Part shown: positions 11,126 to 21,367 of the stretch, piece after piece
Layout of the letters: every line of letters starts with the position of its first letter
Position numbering within the stretch: position 1 is the stretch's first letter
Source of the DNA: a virus
Virus record (IMG/VR): IMGVR_UViG_3300025266_000004
Coordinates: 1-64,000 of that record
Length of the DNA: 64,000 nucleotides
Direction: 5' to 3' (one strand)
The notes under the pieces: model-generated
The model's database searches: none
The model's input: only the letters and a program-made list of their open reading frames with translations
Told to the model about the DNA's origin: nothing
Translations under genes and position numbers: made by a program

Positions 11126-11521
11126 TTAATTTCCTGTACTCGATTCTAAAGAGGTTATATTATCCTTACAAATAGTACATATAGTAGCAAAAGGCTTATA
11201 CTGTGCATGGTTAGTCCCTGATATTAGTTTCTTACAATACACACCACCTTGTTTATTCAATAAATGAACAGTACCAAATTGAGGTGAAAACCTATAATAA
11301 TACTCATTATTTATCCTCTCATGTTTTCTTGACATAGGAGTATCTAATGTAGGTACATTATTTTTACCACTTCTTCTTAATATTTCAGATTTTACATCTA
11401 AAATTTCAGTAACTAGTTCACCTATTTCTATAGGTGTCAATTTACTAAGTATATGTGTATTGTTAGAAAATGTAAAATCTTCTAATCTTTCTAGTAGTTT
11501 AGCTTCTTGTTGTTCAGTCAT
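11126..11521 (-). CDS. Hypothetical protein, possible C-terminal Zn-binding motif
   Basis: 131-aa ORF in operon context, with H, C and CxxC residues near the C-terminus. Confidence 0.6.
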   Translation of the reverse strand: MTEQQEAKLLERLEDFTFSNNTHILSKLTPIEIGELVTEILDVKSEILRRSGKNNVPTLDTPMSRKHERINNEYYYRFSPQFGTVHLLNKQGGVYCKKLISGTNHAQYKPFATICTICKDNITSLESSTGN

Positions 11522-11526
11522 TTCAT

Positions 11527-11883
11527 TTATTTTTTAATTAAGCATATATCATTTACATCTATAACACTCATTGTATAACTCTTAATTGTTATTTGATAAA
11601 CAGGTTGTACTTGTGGGTGGATGAATACTTTGTCACCAACTTTTATCTCTGAGTTTTTACTTGCAAGTGTAGACATATTAATAACTGCAACACCTTCTGT
11701 TTGTAGTTTTTTAATTTGTGCTTTTTTAGCACTTTCTGCATCTAGTTCAATAACACTTTTGAGTATTCTAGGTACTACTACATTAATCAAGTTACCTTGT
11801 GGTAAATAGTCTTGAAATAATGCAATGATGTCTCTATCATTTAATATTTTGTCTTCTGCTCCAATAATTGTTTTGTTTTCCAT
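11527..11883 (-). CDS. GroES/Cpn10-like co-chaperonin
   Basis: 118 aa. The YLPQGNLINV, EIKVGDKVF and IDVNDICLI segments resemble GroES signatures. Confidence 0.6.
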   Translation of the reverse strand: MENKTIIGAEDKILNDRDIIALFQDYLPQGNLINVVVPRILKSVIELDAESAKKAQIKKLQTEGVAVINMSTLASKNSEIKVGDKVFIHPQVQPVYQITIKSYTMSVIDVNDICLIKK

Positions 11884-11903
11884 CTTTTATTTATTTTATT
11901 TGT

Positions 11904-12455
11904 TTATAATCCACTATATTTTATGCCCATTTTTTGACCCTTAATTGGAGGTACTAATTCAACTATCTCTCCACATTCTTCCCATATTAACTTAGGTAAC
12001 TGTTCTATTATCTCAGTTTTACCTGTTTTCAGTATCCCCATTGGTACTAAGTTCGACTTTGTAGGAATTAGAGTTTTCAAGAATGTTTCTCTCTCTTTTT
12101 TCAAAGCTTTTACAGATCTCTCAATACTATCTAATTCGTCCCAGTAAATATCATTACAGTCATCAAACTTAAAAAATGTATAAGTAGGTGCATGAGAAAC
12201 AGTTGCACCAAATATCCTTGTAGGTTTACCGTTCTCTAGATTTCTAAGTGTATCTTCTCGTATAGCTTCCTTCACTTCAGAGTCTTTTAAAACCTCTTCG
12301 GAAATCTTTGCCATCTTCTTAAGTATAATACCTGCTTTACACTCATCTATATCACCATCTATTATATTCTGTTTAATTAGTGCTACAGTCTCTTTTAGAT
12401 TTACAGGTTTATTTAAATCAAATATAGCTAATCCTTTGTCTTTTTCTTTACTCAT
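11904..12455 (-). CDS. Hypothetical phage protein
   Basis: 183-aa ORF in operon context. Confidence 0.7.
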   Translation of the reverse strand: MSKEKDKGLAIFDLNKPVNLKETVALIKQNIIDGDIDECKAGIILKKMAKISEEVLKDSEVKEAIREDTLRNLENGKPTRIFGATVSHAPTYTFFKFDDCNDIYWDELDSIERSVKALKKERETFLKTLIPTKSNLVPMGILKTGKTEIIEQLPKLIWEECGEIVELVPPIKGQKMGIKYSGL

Positions 12456-12459
12456 ATTA

Positions 12460-12621
12460 TTATCTTTTTATTTTTATAAATTGTCCTATATAATGTACTA
12501 CTCCACCTACAATAGCTACATCAAACCCTCTAGGTCTATATCCACTATTTACTAGACTTTTTACTTTCTTTTCATAGTTTACTACACTACTTTCTTTTAA
12601 TATTTTTACATCATGTTTCAT
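12460..12621 (-). CDS. Small hypothetical protein (53 aa, not in ORF track)
   Basis: MKHDVKILKESSVVNYEKKVKSLVNSGYRPRG... fills the gap between its neighbours exactly. Confidence 0.7.
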   Translation of the reverse strand: MKHDVKILKESSVVNYEKKVKSLVNSGYRPRGFDVAIVGGVVHYIGQFIKIKR

Positions 12622-12625
12622 AATT

Positions 12626-13276
12626 TTAAAATTTTATACCTTTAGTTAATTCGATATCTATATTATCTAGCATACCATTAGTGTTTATATTTTTGCCATA
12701 AAAACCACTACAACTGTCTATTTCTTCGAGTTCAAAATAAGGGTTATCGTCTATAACACTTTTTTCTTTATACACTTTTTTATACTCTAGTTTCTCAAAT
12801 AGTGTATAACCATAAACCTCTCCACTTAAATAAGTATTCCAAGTTTCAATTAAACCTTCTGCATAATACTTAGCTATTTCTTCGTCTGTTAAATCTTTAC
12901 ACTTTTCGTTACTTTGTCTTTGTAAATCAAAATCTAGTTCTTTTTTATTAACTATTACATAACCAGTTGAACTAACATCAAAATTAGAATGTGGATTATC
13001 TAACATTAAACGTACTCCGCTGTGTATATACGCATACACCGTAAATATATAAAAATTATCTAACTTTGACAAATCTAAATCATGGTCTAAAATAGTACCT
13101 GTTTTCTCATCTAAATAATCATATATATACTTAGGTGGAAATCCTTTTCTAGTTACTTGTAGACTACTGTGTTCATATACTAAAAATATATCAGTATTAC
13201 CATTAGTGTTAGGACTCTCTGCAAAGTGGTCTTGTGTTATTTTAATTATGTGGTTATTATTTAATTCGTATTTCAT
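12626..13276 (-). CDS. Hypothetical phage protein
   Basis: 216-aa ORF containing YAYIHSG and GEVYGY segments. Confidence 0.75.
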   Translation of the reverse strand: MKYELNNNHIIKITQDHFAESPNTNGNTDIFLVYEHSSLQVTRKGFPPKYIYDYLDEKTGTILDHDLDLSKLDNFYIFTVYAYIHSGVRLMLDNPHSNFDVSSTGYVIVNKKELDFDLQRQSNEKCKDLTDEEIAKYYAEGLIETWNTYLSGEVYGYTLFEKLEYKKVYKEKSVIDDNPYFELEEIDSCSGFYGKNINTNGMLDNIDIELTKGIKF

Positions 13277-13279
13277 AAT

Positions 13280-13582
13280 TTATTTATATTTTGTGTAAGT
13301 ACATCTGTACCTTTCGTTTTTACGTAAAATAGATTTTTCTCTATTATTAATACTTCTAATAATTTTATCTTTTGTGTGTAATGAAATGTCACCTGTCATA
13401 CTATTTGCTAAGTTAATCGCTATCTTCCATATAGTAACTAGATGTTCTTTATTAAAAGCAAAACCTTCATATCTATTACCAAATAAAATACAATAATCTT
13501 CTTTTACTTCTTTCTTATCTAGTGCTGTGTAACCATTTTGATATATGGTACAAACTTTTTTACACTCTTGCCAGTTTTTCAT
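13280..13582 (-). CDS. Hypothetical protein
   Basis: 100-aa ORF, tightly packed with neighbours. Confidence 0.6.
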   Translation of the reverse strand: MKNWQECKKVCTIYQNGYTALDKKEVKEDYCILFGNRYEGFAFNKEHLVTIWKIAINLANSMTGDISLHTKDKIIRSINNREKSILRKNERYRCTYTKYK

Positions 13583-13588
13583 AATTGT

Positions 13589-13984
13589 TTATTTTCTTTT
13601 ACTTCTCCCATCAGGTTTACCTCTATTTTCATCTATTCCAAATGTCGTAAAGTAGTACTGATAATTAAAGACAGTAATAGTATCATAGCTATTACAATTG
13701 TCTACTGTGTTACTGTCTTCTTTATCAATATCGTACTCTTTATATAATCTAACATAAGCCTTACCGTGTTTACCAACACCCATGTATTGCACTTTGTACT
13801 TCTTATTAATTATATAACCATCTAAATTATAGTCTCCATTTGTAGATTGAATACATTTACAAAACATAACTACAGAAGCAGTCATTTGATGTGGAAGTTT
13901 GAAAGTAGTTCCATTACTACTCTCAGTTAAACTTTCTTCTTTCTTTGTAGTATTCGTTACACTACTTTTAATTTTAAAATTCAT
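13589..13984 (-). CDS. Hypothetical protein with N-terminal FKIK motif
   Basis: 131 aa, starting MNFKIKSSVTNT. Confidence 0.65.
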   Translation of the reverse strand: MNFKIKSSVTNTTKKEESLTESSNGTTFKLPHQMTASVVMFCKCIQSTNGDYNLDGYIINKKYKVQYMGVGKHGKAYVRLYKEYDIDKEDSNTVDNCNSYDTITVFNYQYYFTTFGIDENRGKPDGRSKRK

Positions 13985-14406
13985 AAGACTAAAAATTGTT
14001 TTGTAAATTCTATTTGATCTTCTACAAACTTACCATTTCTTAAATAGTAAGCTGCTTGATATACTATCTCAATTCTTAAAAGTCTTTGTTCATAAGGTAA
14101 ATCCTTTAAATATTCACAATGTTTTTTGTAAGTTAAGTATTCACCTTTTAAACTAAAGTCATAATCATGTTTAAAATGTATATAATCATGCCAAATTCTA
14201 AAACACAAATTCAATGTCTTAGACTCGAATATGTTATTAGTCGAATTACCATCTAAATTAATCAGTATATTACCATTATTAAACATACCTTTTAAAAAAG
14301 CATAACTATAGTTTTTATTCACAAAAGATACTTTATAATTTTCAATTATCTTTATATAGTTATCTACTAGTACTTTCTCTAGTTTTTTACTTGCTATTTT
14401 ACTCAT
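13981..14406 (-). CDS. Hypothetical protein with HDxxH putative metal-binding motif
   Basis: FRIWHDYIH motif; short overlaps with both neighbours. Confidence 0.6.
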   Translation of the reverse strand: MSKIASKKLEKVLVDNYIKIIENYKVSFVNKNYSYAFLKGMFNNGNILINLDGNSTNNIFESKTLNLCFRIWHDYIHFKHDYDFSLKGEYLTYKKHCEYLKDLPYEQRLLRIEIVYQAAYYLRNGKFVEDQIEFTKQFLVL

Positions 14407-15616
14407 AATCTCTAATTGTTATACCTACAGCGTGAAATGGTAAAGATTTTGGTGCTTTCGTCCTTTCATAAAACTCTACAGTTAGCATTTTACCAATATA
14501 GTTTAATTTATTATCTAAGTACTCAGCTTTCTGCTCATGTGTACCCTCTGCAACAACTGTAAAGGTGTGTTCATTGATATTGTTTATACACTTAAACATA
14601 CCTAGATTTTCCTTCTTCTTCATAGGTATTACATCAAGTATTCTAAACTCTGCACTTTCCTTACGTTTAAGCTTAGTCATAGTAGAAGGTCTTCCACCAA
14701 ATTTATACGTAGCGTTCTCGTCTCTGAATATACCACCTTCAAAACCTTGGATAATCCAGTTGTTCGTACAAATTTGAGCACTCTCGTCACTTGGAATTAT
14801 AATAGTTGGAACTAAATTTACAGAAGGAAAACTAAACATCTCAAATACACCCCTTAAATTTGTTAATCTGTTCACTTGTTTAATCATTGGAACAGCTAAA
14901 TCAAATACCTCAAAAGTAACTAAAGCACTATTTAAATTTCTTTTTGTAACAGCAGATTTAATATCTGATAATATATAACCATGAATATATAATTCACCGT
15001 CTAGTATTATTTCCTTATTTGGATATGTAGAAATAAAATGTATAAATAGTGGTTTTAGTTCTTCTTCAATGTGTTCTAATACTGAGTAAACTAACCCACT
15101 TTTAGACTTTAAAACTACTTTATCATTTTCAAATATAGCAAAACATCTTACTCCATTTATCTTAGGTTGTCCATAACAAGGGAACTTAATTTTAGGTGTC
15201 TTTGTACCATCAGAATCAGTCTTATAATAAGGTTGAGCTCGCATTGGTTGCAGAGTACCTGATTTATCTGTATTGAACTTAGGTAATGTAGCATCTAGTA
15301 CAAATAGTAAATCATCCTCATTCTCAGGTACAGTTGTAATATTATGTTCACCAGTCGTTTTATAACCTGTAAGTTGTTTATGTCTCCATTTCGAGTTCAT
15401 TTCATTACAGGCTTGGACGAAAGGTGTAGTTTCATTACTTTTACCTATGTTCTTACCTATAAGTATAGATGATGATCTCTTAACAAGTTTACCACCTAAC
15501 AAACCATCTTCTGTAATAATTATACCTCTATTTAGCTCAGTGTCATTAATACATCTTGCTTTCCATACTTTAATTCTACCTTTACTATCTCTAGCATATA
15601 AATTTTCTAATGTCAT
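14399..15616 (-). CDS. lig: ATP-dependent DNA ligase
   Basis: KINGVR (motif I), LDGELY, FDL, EGGIFR and KLK motifs, plus a C-terminal OB-fold-like region. Confidence 0.93.
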   Translation of the reverse strand: MTLENLYARDSKGRIKVWKARCINDTELNRGIIITEDGLLGGKLVKRSSSILIGKNIGKSNETTPFVQACNEMNSKWRHKQLTGYKTTGEHNITTVPENEDDLLFVLDATLPKFNTDKSGTLQPMRAQPYYKTDSDGTKTPKIKFPCYGQPKINGVRCFAIFENDKVVLKSKSGLVYSVLEHIEEELKPLFIHFISTYPNKEIILDGELYIHGYILSDIKSAVTKRNLNSALVTFEVFDLAVPMIKQVNRLTNLRGVFEMFSFPSVNLVPTIIIPSDESAQICTNNWIIQGFEGGIFRDENATYKFGGRPSTMTKLKRKESAEFRILDVIPMKKKENLGMFKCINNINEHTFTVVAEGTHEQKAEYLDNKLNYIGKMLTVEFYERTKAPKSLPFHAVGITIRDYE

Positions 15617-15618
15617 AA

Positions 15619-16062
15619 TTATACTTTTAATATTAATAAATAAGGACTAGTAGTTTTCTTTATTACATCATTAAAAACACTAGTAGGTGTTCTAAATGCT
15701 TGATACATCATTGGCATACCACTAACAGGATGTGTATCACCTATCCATCTATCATCAGCTGCAACTGCATCAGTAACCCAAACTCCTGTATTCTGTTCTT
15801 CTTCTGTTAAAGGTGCTACAGCTTTAATATCTGTAGCTTCCATTGTATCAACGTGTCCAAACATTAATATATGTCTCATTGTTATATGATTTCTTCCTAA
15901 ATTAGGTACACCTTCAATCTCTTTATAGTTGTGTACTCCATTTACATTCTTTTCTACTAATTCTTTCAATGTTTCAATATCTTGTTCTTCAATCTCTAAA
16001 ACATAATTTTTTGTACCATTTGATTTTTTATAAACTAAATGGGTACTAATAATATTTATCAT
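15619..16062 (-). CDS. Hypothetical protein
   Basis: 147-aa ORF between ligase and primase. Confidence 0.65.
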   Translation of the reverse strand: MINIISTHLVYKKSNGTKNYVLEIEEQDIETLKELVEKNVNGVHNYKEIEGVPNLGRNHITMRHILMFGHVDTMEATDIKAVAPLTEEEQNTGVWVTDAVAADDRWIGDTHPVSGMPMMYQAFRTPTSVFNDVIKKTTSPYLLILKV

Positions 16063-17149
16063 AATCTTTATATTTAAGTCTTAATTCTTCTCTAGTATTA
16101 CTATAATACTCTTTCGTTTCATTAACTAAATTTAATACGTAATCTAATCCGTTGGCTTTTAGTAAATCTGTGTAATCCTTTTGTTTGTGTGGTAATTTGT
16201 TCTTGTGTACATCTTGTGTTATAAAAAGAGGTTGAATACCGTATTCTTCCTTTAGTTTTTTAGCCATTATCTTACCTGTTCTATCAAAGTCCATTAGACT
16301 GAATATAAAATCAAAATGTCTAGTAAGGTAATTATAATCTTCTCTAGCTAGTAAGTGTGTTTCTGAGGCTGGCGCAACAGCCTGTAATAAAGAAGTTGTA
16401 CGTATGGAGACTACATCTTTATAGGACTTCGTAACAATACAAACTTCACCACAAGTTAATTTACTCTTTCCCTGTAGTATAGTAGTATTAGTAACAAATC
16501 TTACTTTCTTTCTAAAAGGATAGTATACTTTAATCTCTCTAATACCATTTTCATCTAAACCAAAGTCATATACATAAGCAGGATTCTTAGGATTATATTC
16601 ATACCTTAGTATTCCATTTACATGTACAGTCTCCGCAGGATATATATCAAAAAACTTTAAAGCACCACTACCAACATAGTATTGATTCCAATAATCACTA
16701 TCTACTTTTTTCCACTCTCTTTTAGTGTACAATATAACAGTCTTTTTACTTACATTCTTTACAAAATCATCATCATAAAGTTTTATAGTCTTTTTAGTTA
16801 TTTTATTCTTGTACTTATGTAGGTTAAAATCAGAAGCTATTTGATCTAGTATAATACCAAATCCATTCTTAGAATTAGAATTAACTCTTAGCTGTCTTCC
16901 TACAAGGTCATAACAATCACCCCAAAAGTGACCATTCCAGTCTTTCGCTCTAAGTCTACTACCATTATATTTGAAACCAAATGTAGGTGTTTTATCAGGA
17001 CGTAAAGGACTTAGTATTAAATTACCTGTCATAACACAATCAGTAATAGTACCAATATCTAATTCTAGGTAATGTGCAAAAATCTCTTCTTGATTAAGAT
17101 TTTGCATTATGTAATCTTTAGTTAATTTAGGTAATATTCCATATCTCAT
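16046..17149 (-). CDS. DNA primase (crAss-like DnaG/TOPRIM)
   Basis: N-terminal SPLRPDKTPTF, plus TOPRIM-like TKSYKDV, DFDRTG and KDYTD. Confidence 0.85.
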   Translation of the reverse strand: MRYGILPKLTKDYIMQNLNQEEIFAHYLELDIGTITDCVMTGNLILSPLRPDKTPTFGFKYNGSRLRAKDWNGHFWGDCYDLVGRQLRVNSNSKNGFGIILDQIASDFNLHKYKNKITKKTIKLYDDDFVKNVSKKTVILYTKREWKKVDSDYWNQYYVGSGALKFFDIYPAETVHVNGILRYEYNPKNPAYVYDFGLDENGIREIKVYYPFRKKVRFVTNTTILQGKSKLTCGEVCIVTKSYKDVVSIRTTSLLQAVAPASETHLLAREDYNYLTRHFDFIFSLMDFDRTGKIMAKKLKEEYGIQPLFITQDVHKNKLPHKQKDYTDLLKANGLDYVLNLVNETKEYYSNTREELRLKYKDYDKYY

Positions 17150-17161
17150 ATATTATTACAT

Positions 17162-17192
17162 AAAAAAGGCAATTAATCTCTTAATTGCCTTT
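17162..17192 (-). terminator. Intrinsic terminator
   Basis: AAAGGCAATTAA-tctc-TTAATTGCCTTT hairpin with a U-run on the minus strand. Confidence 0.8.
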
Positions 17193-17213
17193 CGTTTAGT
17201 TGTTTACTTATTA

Positions 17214-17840
17214 TTAAAATACTTTTTCACCTTCGTCTTCGAAGTCAAAATCGTCCTCTTTAAAGTTACTAGGTGTATCATCATCATCAGTACTTGAAGA
17301 AGCACTCACTTGTTCAATTACATCATATTTTAAATTAACAGATAAAGTTCTATATGGTCTATCCTCTACAACCTTCTCAAGAAAGTTAGGACTTAAAGGA
17401 AATCCAGCTCTACCATTAAAATATATTACTTTAATGTGAACTAGAGACTTTTCATATACACCTTCAAAAGCTTTAGCTATCATATCAAAGTACTGTTCCC
17501 AGTTCTTAGCTTTAGTACCAATACCTTTCTCAGGAAATACTGCGAAAGCTTCATAAATATGTTTTACTCTAGTATTAAAACCGTCTGCTTTCGTTTGATA
17601 CTTAGCATCATCTTCATTAATTAGAAACTCTCTGTGTATGTACTCTTTCCCATCAGTAGCTTTAAAATGAAAGTCTAAAACTTTCGACTCCTCTGAATCT
17701 TTGTTTGTAAATATATGTGATTTAACAGACAGTAAGTAAGCCTTTGGAAAAATATATTTACCATCTTCTCCTTTATATGGAGGTTCAATAGGTGTTAAAT
17801 TTCTTGACTTAGTTTCTGTTGTTATTCCAAAATTACTCAT
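17214..17840 (-). CDS. Putative ssDNA-binding protein
   Basis: Beta-rich core with a very acidic tail ending in F, located next to the primase. Confidence 0.6.
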   Translation of the reverse strand: MSNFGITTETKSRNLTPIEPPYKGEDGKYIFPKAYLLSVKSHIFTNKDSEESKVLDFHFKATDGKEYIHREFLINEDDAKYQTKADGFNTRVKHIYEAFAVFPEKGIGTKAKNWEQYFDMIAKAFEGVYEKSLVHIKVIYFNGRAGFPLSPNFLEKVVEDRPYRTLSVNLKYDVIEQVSASSSTDDDDTPSNFKEDDFDFEDEGEKVF

Positions 17841-17889
17841 ATTCTTTGTTTTTATATTATTTTTAACTATTATCTAACTACTTTAATGT

Positions 17890-17924
17890 AATAAAGGTGC
17901 TATTGTTATTATAGCACCTTTATT
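17890..17924 (-). terminator. Hairpin, probable terminator
   Basis: AATAAAGGTGCTA/TAGCACCTTTATT inverted repeat. Confidence 0.7.
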
Positions 17925-17942
17925 ATTATACAGAATCTTTAA

Positions 17943-18386
17943 TTACTCTGCTCCTTCTTCGTCTGAATCATCAGAACTTACACCTCTCTTAGACTTAGGC
18001 TTAATTTCACCTTTAACTAATACGAAATACTTATCTCCTGACTCTTCATCTACTAAAGGATTTTCAACATCTAACGTATATTCATGTAAATTAGTTGGTT
18101 CACCTTCTAATTTTCTCCATGCGTTAGTCGAACTGAAATTCAAACTAGCAGATTTACCAGCTAATTTAGAACCATTTCCTGCACCTGTTCCTTTACCAAT
18201 AATCATACAATCAGCACCTTCTACTTCAGCATTGTGCATTACTACATAATCTTCAGCTGAGACACCCATTAATTCAGCAGCTGCTTGAGATAATCTCATA
18301 GTTCCTTCAGTAGGACTAGTAGTTACGCTTGCAACTGTTGATTTAGGTGCTCTTGTATTCGTGATTTGGCTTTTAATTTTAAACAT
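17943..18386 (-). CDS. Replication-region protein with N-terminal MFKIK motif and acidic tail
   Basis: 147 aa, ending SSDDSDEEGAE. Confidence 0.7.
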   Translation of the reverse strand: MFKIKSQITNTRAPKSTVASVTTSPTEGTMRLSQAAAELMGVSAEDYVVMHNAEVEGADCMIIGKGTGAGNGSKLAGKSASLNFSSTNAWRKLEGEPTNLHEYTLDVENPLVDEESGDKYFVLVKGEIKPKSKRGVSSDDSDEEGAE

Positions 18387-18415
18387 AATTTTTAATTTTT
18401 AATTGTTATACTAAT

Positions 18416-19324
18416 TTACTTTTGTTCTTTATCCAGTTCGTCTGAATTTTTATTGTTGTGGTCTTCTATGATTACAGCATCTTCTATAACTACTTCTTCA
18501 ACATCATTGTTTGTTTGTACACTCATTATTGGTGTCTCTTTTATTTCATACTTGATGTTATGCGAGTCTGTTATTTCTGAGGTTTCATATAAACCATTTA
18601 ATACATCATCTGCTACGATTCTAAAACCAATAGCCATTACTCTATTACGGAGCATTGTTTTTTTATTATTTTTCCAGTTGTCCTTTTCGTGTAAATTTTT
18701 AAACTCTGAATAATAATAAGTTAGAGTAGTATCTAATATTTGACCATCTCCTAATGTTCTTTTAAAACGAATAGTTGTTTTATAGTCAATTACCTTACCC
18801 GAAACCTTAACTCTTAGTTTCTTTTGGTCTGCATCTTTAGGGTCTATATAAATCTGATGAAGTTCATCATCAAAATCTTCCTTTCTAATTACATTTTTAT
18901 CTGCTGTTAAGTACCCATAAACAGGTTTGTAATCTTCTAATATTTCATAATGTACATTAGCCTTAATTGCAAGACTTGTCATAATATGAATACCAGTAGA
19001 ACTAGAAGTATCTGATATATAATGTAGTTGCTCTATTGAAGTAACAGGGTCTAAGCCTAGTGCTTTACCTTTCATTACAGCAAATATAGAGTTCTTGTTC
19101 AACTTCTTACCCATCATTAAACCACTAAGAGGATTAATTCCTATTTCATGACTTAACATAATAGACGCTATAATATCTTGCGGATTATCATGTGGAATCA
19201 TCTTTGACTTCGCTAAGTCCTCACTAACTTTCTCCAACTGTATTGGAGTCATTTTAGTAAGGTCTAAGCTTGTCAATTCAGTAGTTAGACTGTTTGTAGA
19301 TTTCTTATTTATTTCTTCTGCCAT
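18416..19324 (-). CDS. RecT/Bet-like ssDNA-annealing recombinase (putative)
   Basis: EIGINP and ALGLDP helical segments, NWKNNKKTMLRNR, DVLNGLYETSE, and an acidic tail. Confidence 0.6.
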   Translation of the reverse strand: MAEEINKKSTNSLTTELTSLDLTKMTPIQLEKVSEDLAKSKMIPHDNPQDIIASIMLSHEIGINPLSGLMMGKKLNKNSIFAVMKGKALGLDPVTSIEQLHYISDTSSSTGIHIMTSLAIKANVHYEILEDYKPVYGYLTADKNVIRKEDFDDELHQIYIDPKDADQKKLRVKVSGKVIDYKTTIRFKRTLGDGQILDTTLTYYYSEFKNLHEKDNWKNNKKTMLRNRVMAIGFRIVADDVLNGLYETSEITDSHNIKYEIKETPIMSVQTNNDVEEVVIEDAVIIEDHNNKNSDELDKEQK

Positions 19325-19391
19325 TTTTTTATGATTTTATAATTAAACAGTAGTGTTTAGTTACTTTTAATTGCCATGTTTAAATCATACT

Positions 19392-19399
19392 CAAATATA
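19392..19399 (-). promoter_or_regulatory. Bacteroidota sigma-A -7 promoter element (TAnnTTTG)
   Basis: The minus strand reads TATATTTG in the intergenic gap about 70 nt upstream of the recombinase-like gene. Confidence 0.6.
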
Positions 19400-19430
19400 C
19401 GATATATATTTCGTTAAAAAAAACTTTATA

Positions 19431-19937
19431 TCACTTTTTTTGAATATTTTTTTTTAATTTTTCTATCTCATTCCAAAACTGTAGCTTTATAAAATCTGTA
19501 ATACTTGGTAACCCTATATTCTCCTTTATAGCGTATTTAACAAGTCGTTTAATTTTTGTATGCTTCACTTTAGAAAAATCTATTTCCTCAGTATACAGTA
19601 TCTTAAATTGATACTTATCAATAGATTTTTGTTGTATAGGATATATTTCATATATTTCATAAGCACCGTATTTATCTAATAAATACTTATTAAGTTTCTC
19701 AGTTGTTACATACTTATTAATCTCTGTAGTACTATTAGTCACTTTAAGTAAACCTCTAGCTACTAAATCATCTATATTTCTTTGTCCTATTGTCGTATTG
19801 TCATTAGAAGGGTATAAACCTATATATCTCCTTAGTAGACTGAACTTTTTAGTGTGCAAAGTGTACAAATAAAAAAACTGTACTTGTGTTATACCTAAAT
19901 CTTCTAAAGTATCTACATATTCTTTTAAATTTATCAT
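19431..19937 (-). CDS. Hypothetical protein, possible winged-HTH
   Basis: 168 aa; IDDLVARGLLKV resembles a wHTH segment. Confidence 0.55.
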   Translation of the reverse strand: MINLKEYVDTLEDLGITQVQFFYLYTLHTKKFSLLRRYIGLYPSNDNTTIGQRNIDDLVARGLLKVTNSTTEINKYVTTEKLNKYLLDKYGAYEIYEIYPIQQKSIDKYQFKILYTEEIDFSKVKHTKIKRLVKYAIKENIGLPSITDFIKLQFWNEIEKLKKNIQKK

Positions 19938-21364
19938 TTTATTTCATATTTTATTTCGTTAATTGTATTTACATTTATTATTTCGTGTATAGAACTGTAT
20001 TGTCTACTAGTTAACCACTCTTGATCTTTAGTATGTTTAAAATATATGTTAATAAGTAGTGCTTTTTCATACTTACCGTCTTTATTAACCCTTTTAACTC
20101 TTCCGCCTCTTTGTTTATACTGTATAGGATTCGATGTACCACTAGTAGTAAGACCTAAATCAATATCATTTTCATCAAAACCTCTATCTAATGCACTTGC
20201 TGTACACATAATTCGAGCTACATTACTTCTAAACAATTCAATAGCTCTTTTCTTTAGTCTAGTTATTCCATGTTTAGATACTTTACCAGTCTTAAGATTA
20301 GGTAACATCTGAGTTTGTAGATTACTATGATAAGCAACACTCACAAGCTCATCTATTTCATCTTTCAGTTTGTCACAAAGTTCATCAGCGAAATCAGTTG
20401 ATTGACTAAAACAAATAGTCTTCAAAGTATTAAACTTTTTAAGTACTTCTACAGCACAATCTAGCTTAGTATTAGAATTATATAACAACTCCTTTCTTTT
20501 CCTAGTATAAGCCATCAAAGACTTAGCGTACATAATGATTGCAAAAGGACTCCAATTCTTATTTATTTCGTTATTCTCAGGAGTAGATGGTAAATTAGGT
20601 TTCCACCCGTTAGCTTCAGCCCACTTTCTACACCATTCCATATTACGAAGTTCAACACCTCTTTCGTCCTTACCACCACCTAGACATTTAGTACTTAATG
20701 AAAATCCTTGGTCACCAAACATTTGAAGTAGTTCTGTAATAGATTCAGAATAGTGTTCATACTGTTTTCTTTCATCAGGCTTTAAATCAATTCCTAAATT
20801 GTATTCAATAAAGTTTGAAAGCCACCCTTCCTCAATAGCTTCTTCTTCTGTTATATAATCAACAACAGGACAATACACATCAAGTATATCACTAACTTCC
20901 TTTCTATCTTTATATGTAGCAGTTAGTCCAAGTAGAAATTTAGTCATAACAATATCACCTCTTAATAAAGCTTGTCGGTCTTCATTGACGTACTCATGTA
21001 TCTCATCGAGGATAGACATATAACAACTTACTCTTTCCAATGCACCCATAACTGTATTAATAACACGAATCTTGAAGTATTTTTCAAGTACTGCTTTACT
21101 ATCAAAATAATCTAGTATTTTGTCTTCCCATTGTTCTTTCATAGGAACACTAGGTACAGTAATATGAAAAGTATAATCAAAATCATGCTCTATATTAGCT
21201 TCAATAATATTACTACATATTAATAAAGTAGTAAACGTCTTACCAAAACCAGTAGGATATACAAGTGTACCGTGTCCATTCTTAATACTACCTTGTATCT
21301 TACTTGTCTTCCACTTCTGTCCACCTTGTACTTGTCGAGAAAATTTATCATCGTCTATCTTCAT
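19934..21364 (-). CDS. Superfamily 2 (DExH) helicase
   Basis: PTGFGKT, DEIH, GLTAT and QRGGRVKR motifs. Confidence 0.9.
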   Translation of the reverse strand: MKIDDDKFSRQVQGGQKWKTSKIQGSIKNGHGTLVYPTGFGKTFTTLLICSNIIEANIEHDFDYTFHITVPSVPMKEQWEDKILDYFDSKAVLEKYFKIRVINTVMGALERVSCYMSILDEIHEYVNEDRQALLRGDIVMTKFLLGLTATYKDRKEVSDILDVYCPVVDYITEEEAIEEGWLSNFIEYNLGIDLKPDERKQYEHYSESITELLQMFGDQGFSLSTKCLGGGKDERGVELRNMEWCRKWAEANGWKPNLPSTPENNEINKNWSPFAIIMYAKSLMAYTRKRKELLYNSNTKLDCAVEVLKKFNTLKTICFSQSTDFADELCDKLKDEIDELVSVAYHSNLQTQMLPNLKTGKVSKHGITRLKKRAIELFRSNVARIMCTASALDRGFDENDIDLGLTTSGTSNPIQYKQRGGRVKRVNKDGKYEKALLINIYFKHTKDQEWLTSRQYSSIHEIINVNTINEIKYEIK

Positions 21365-21367
21365 ATA

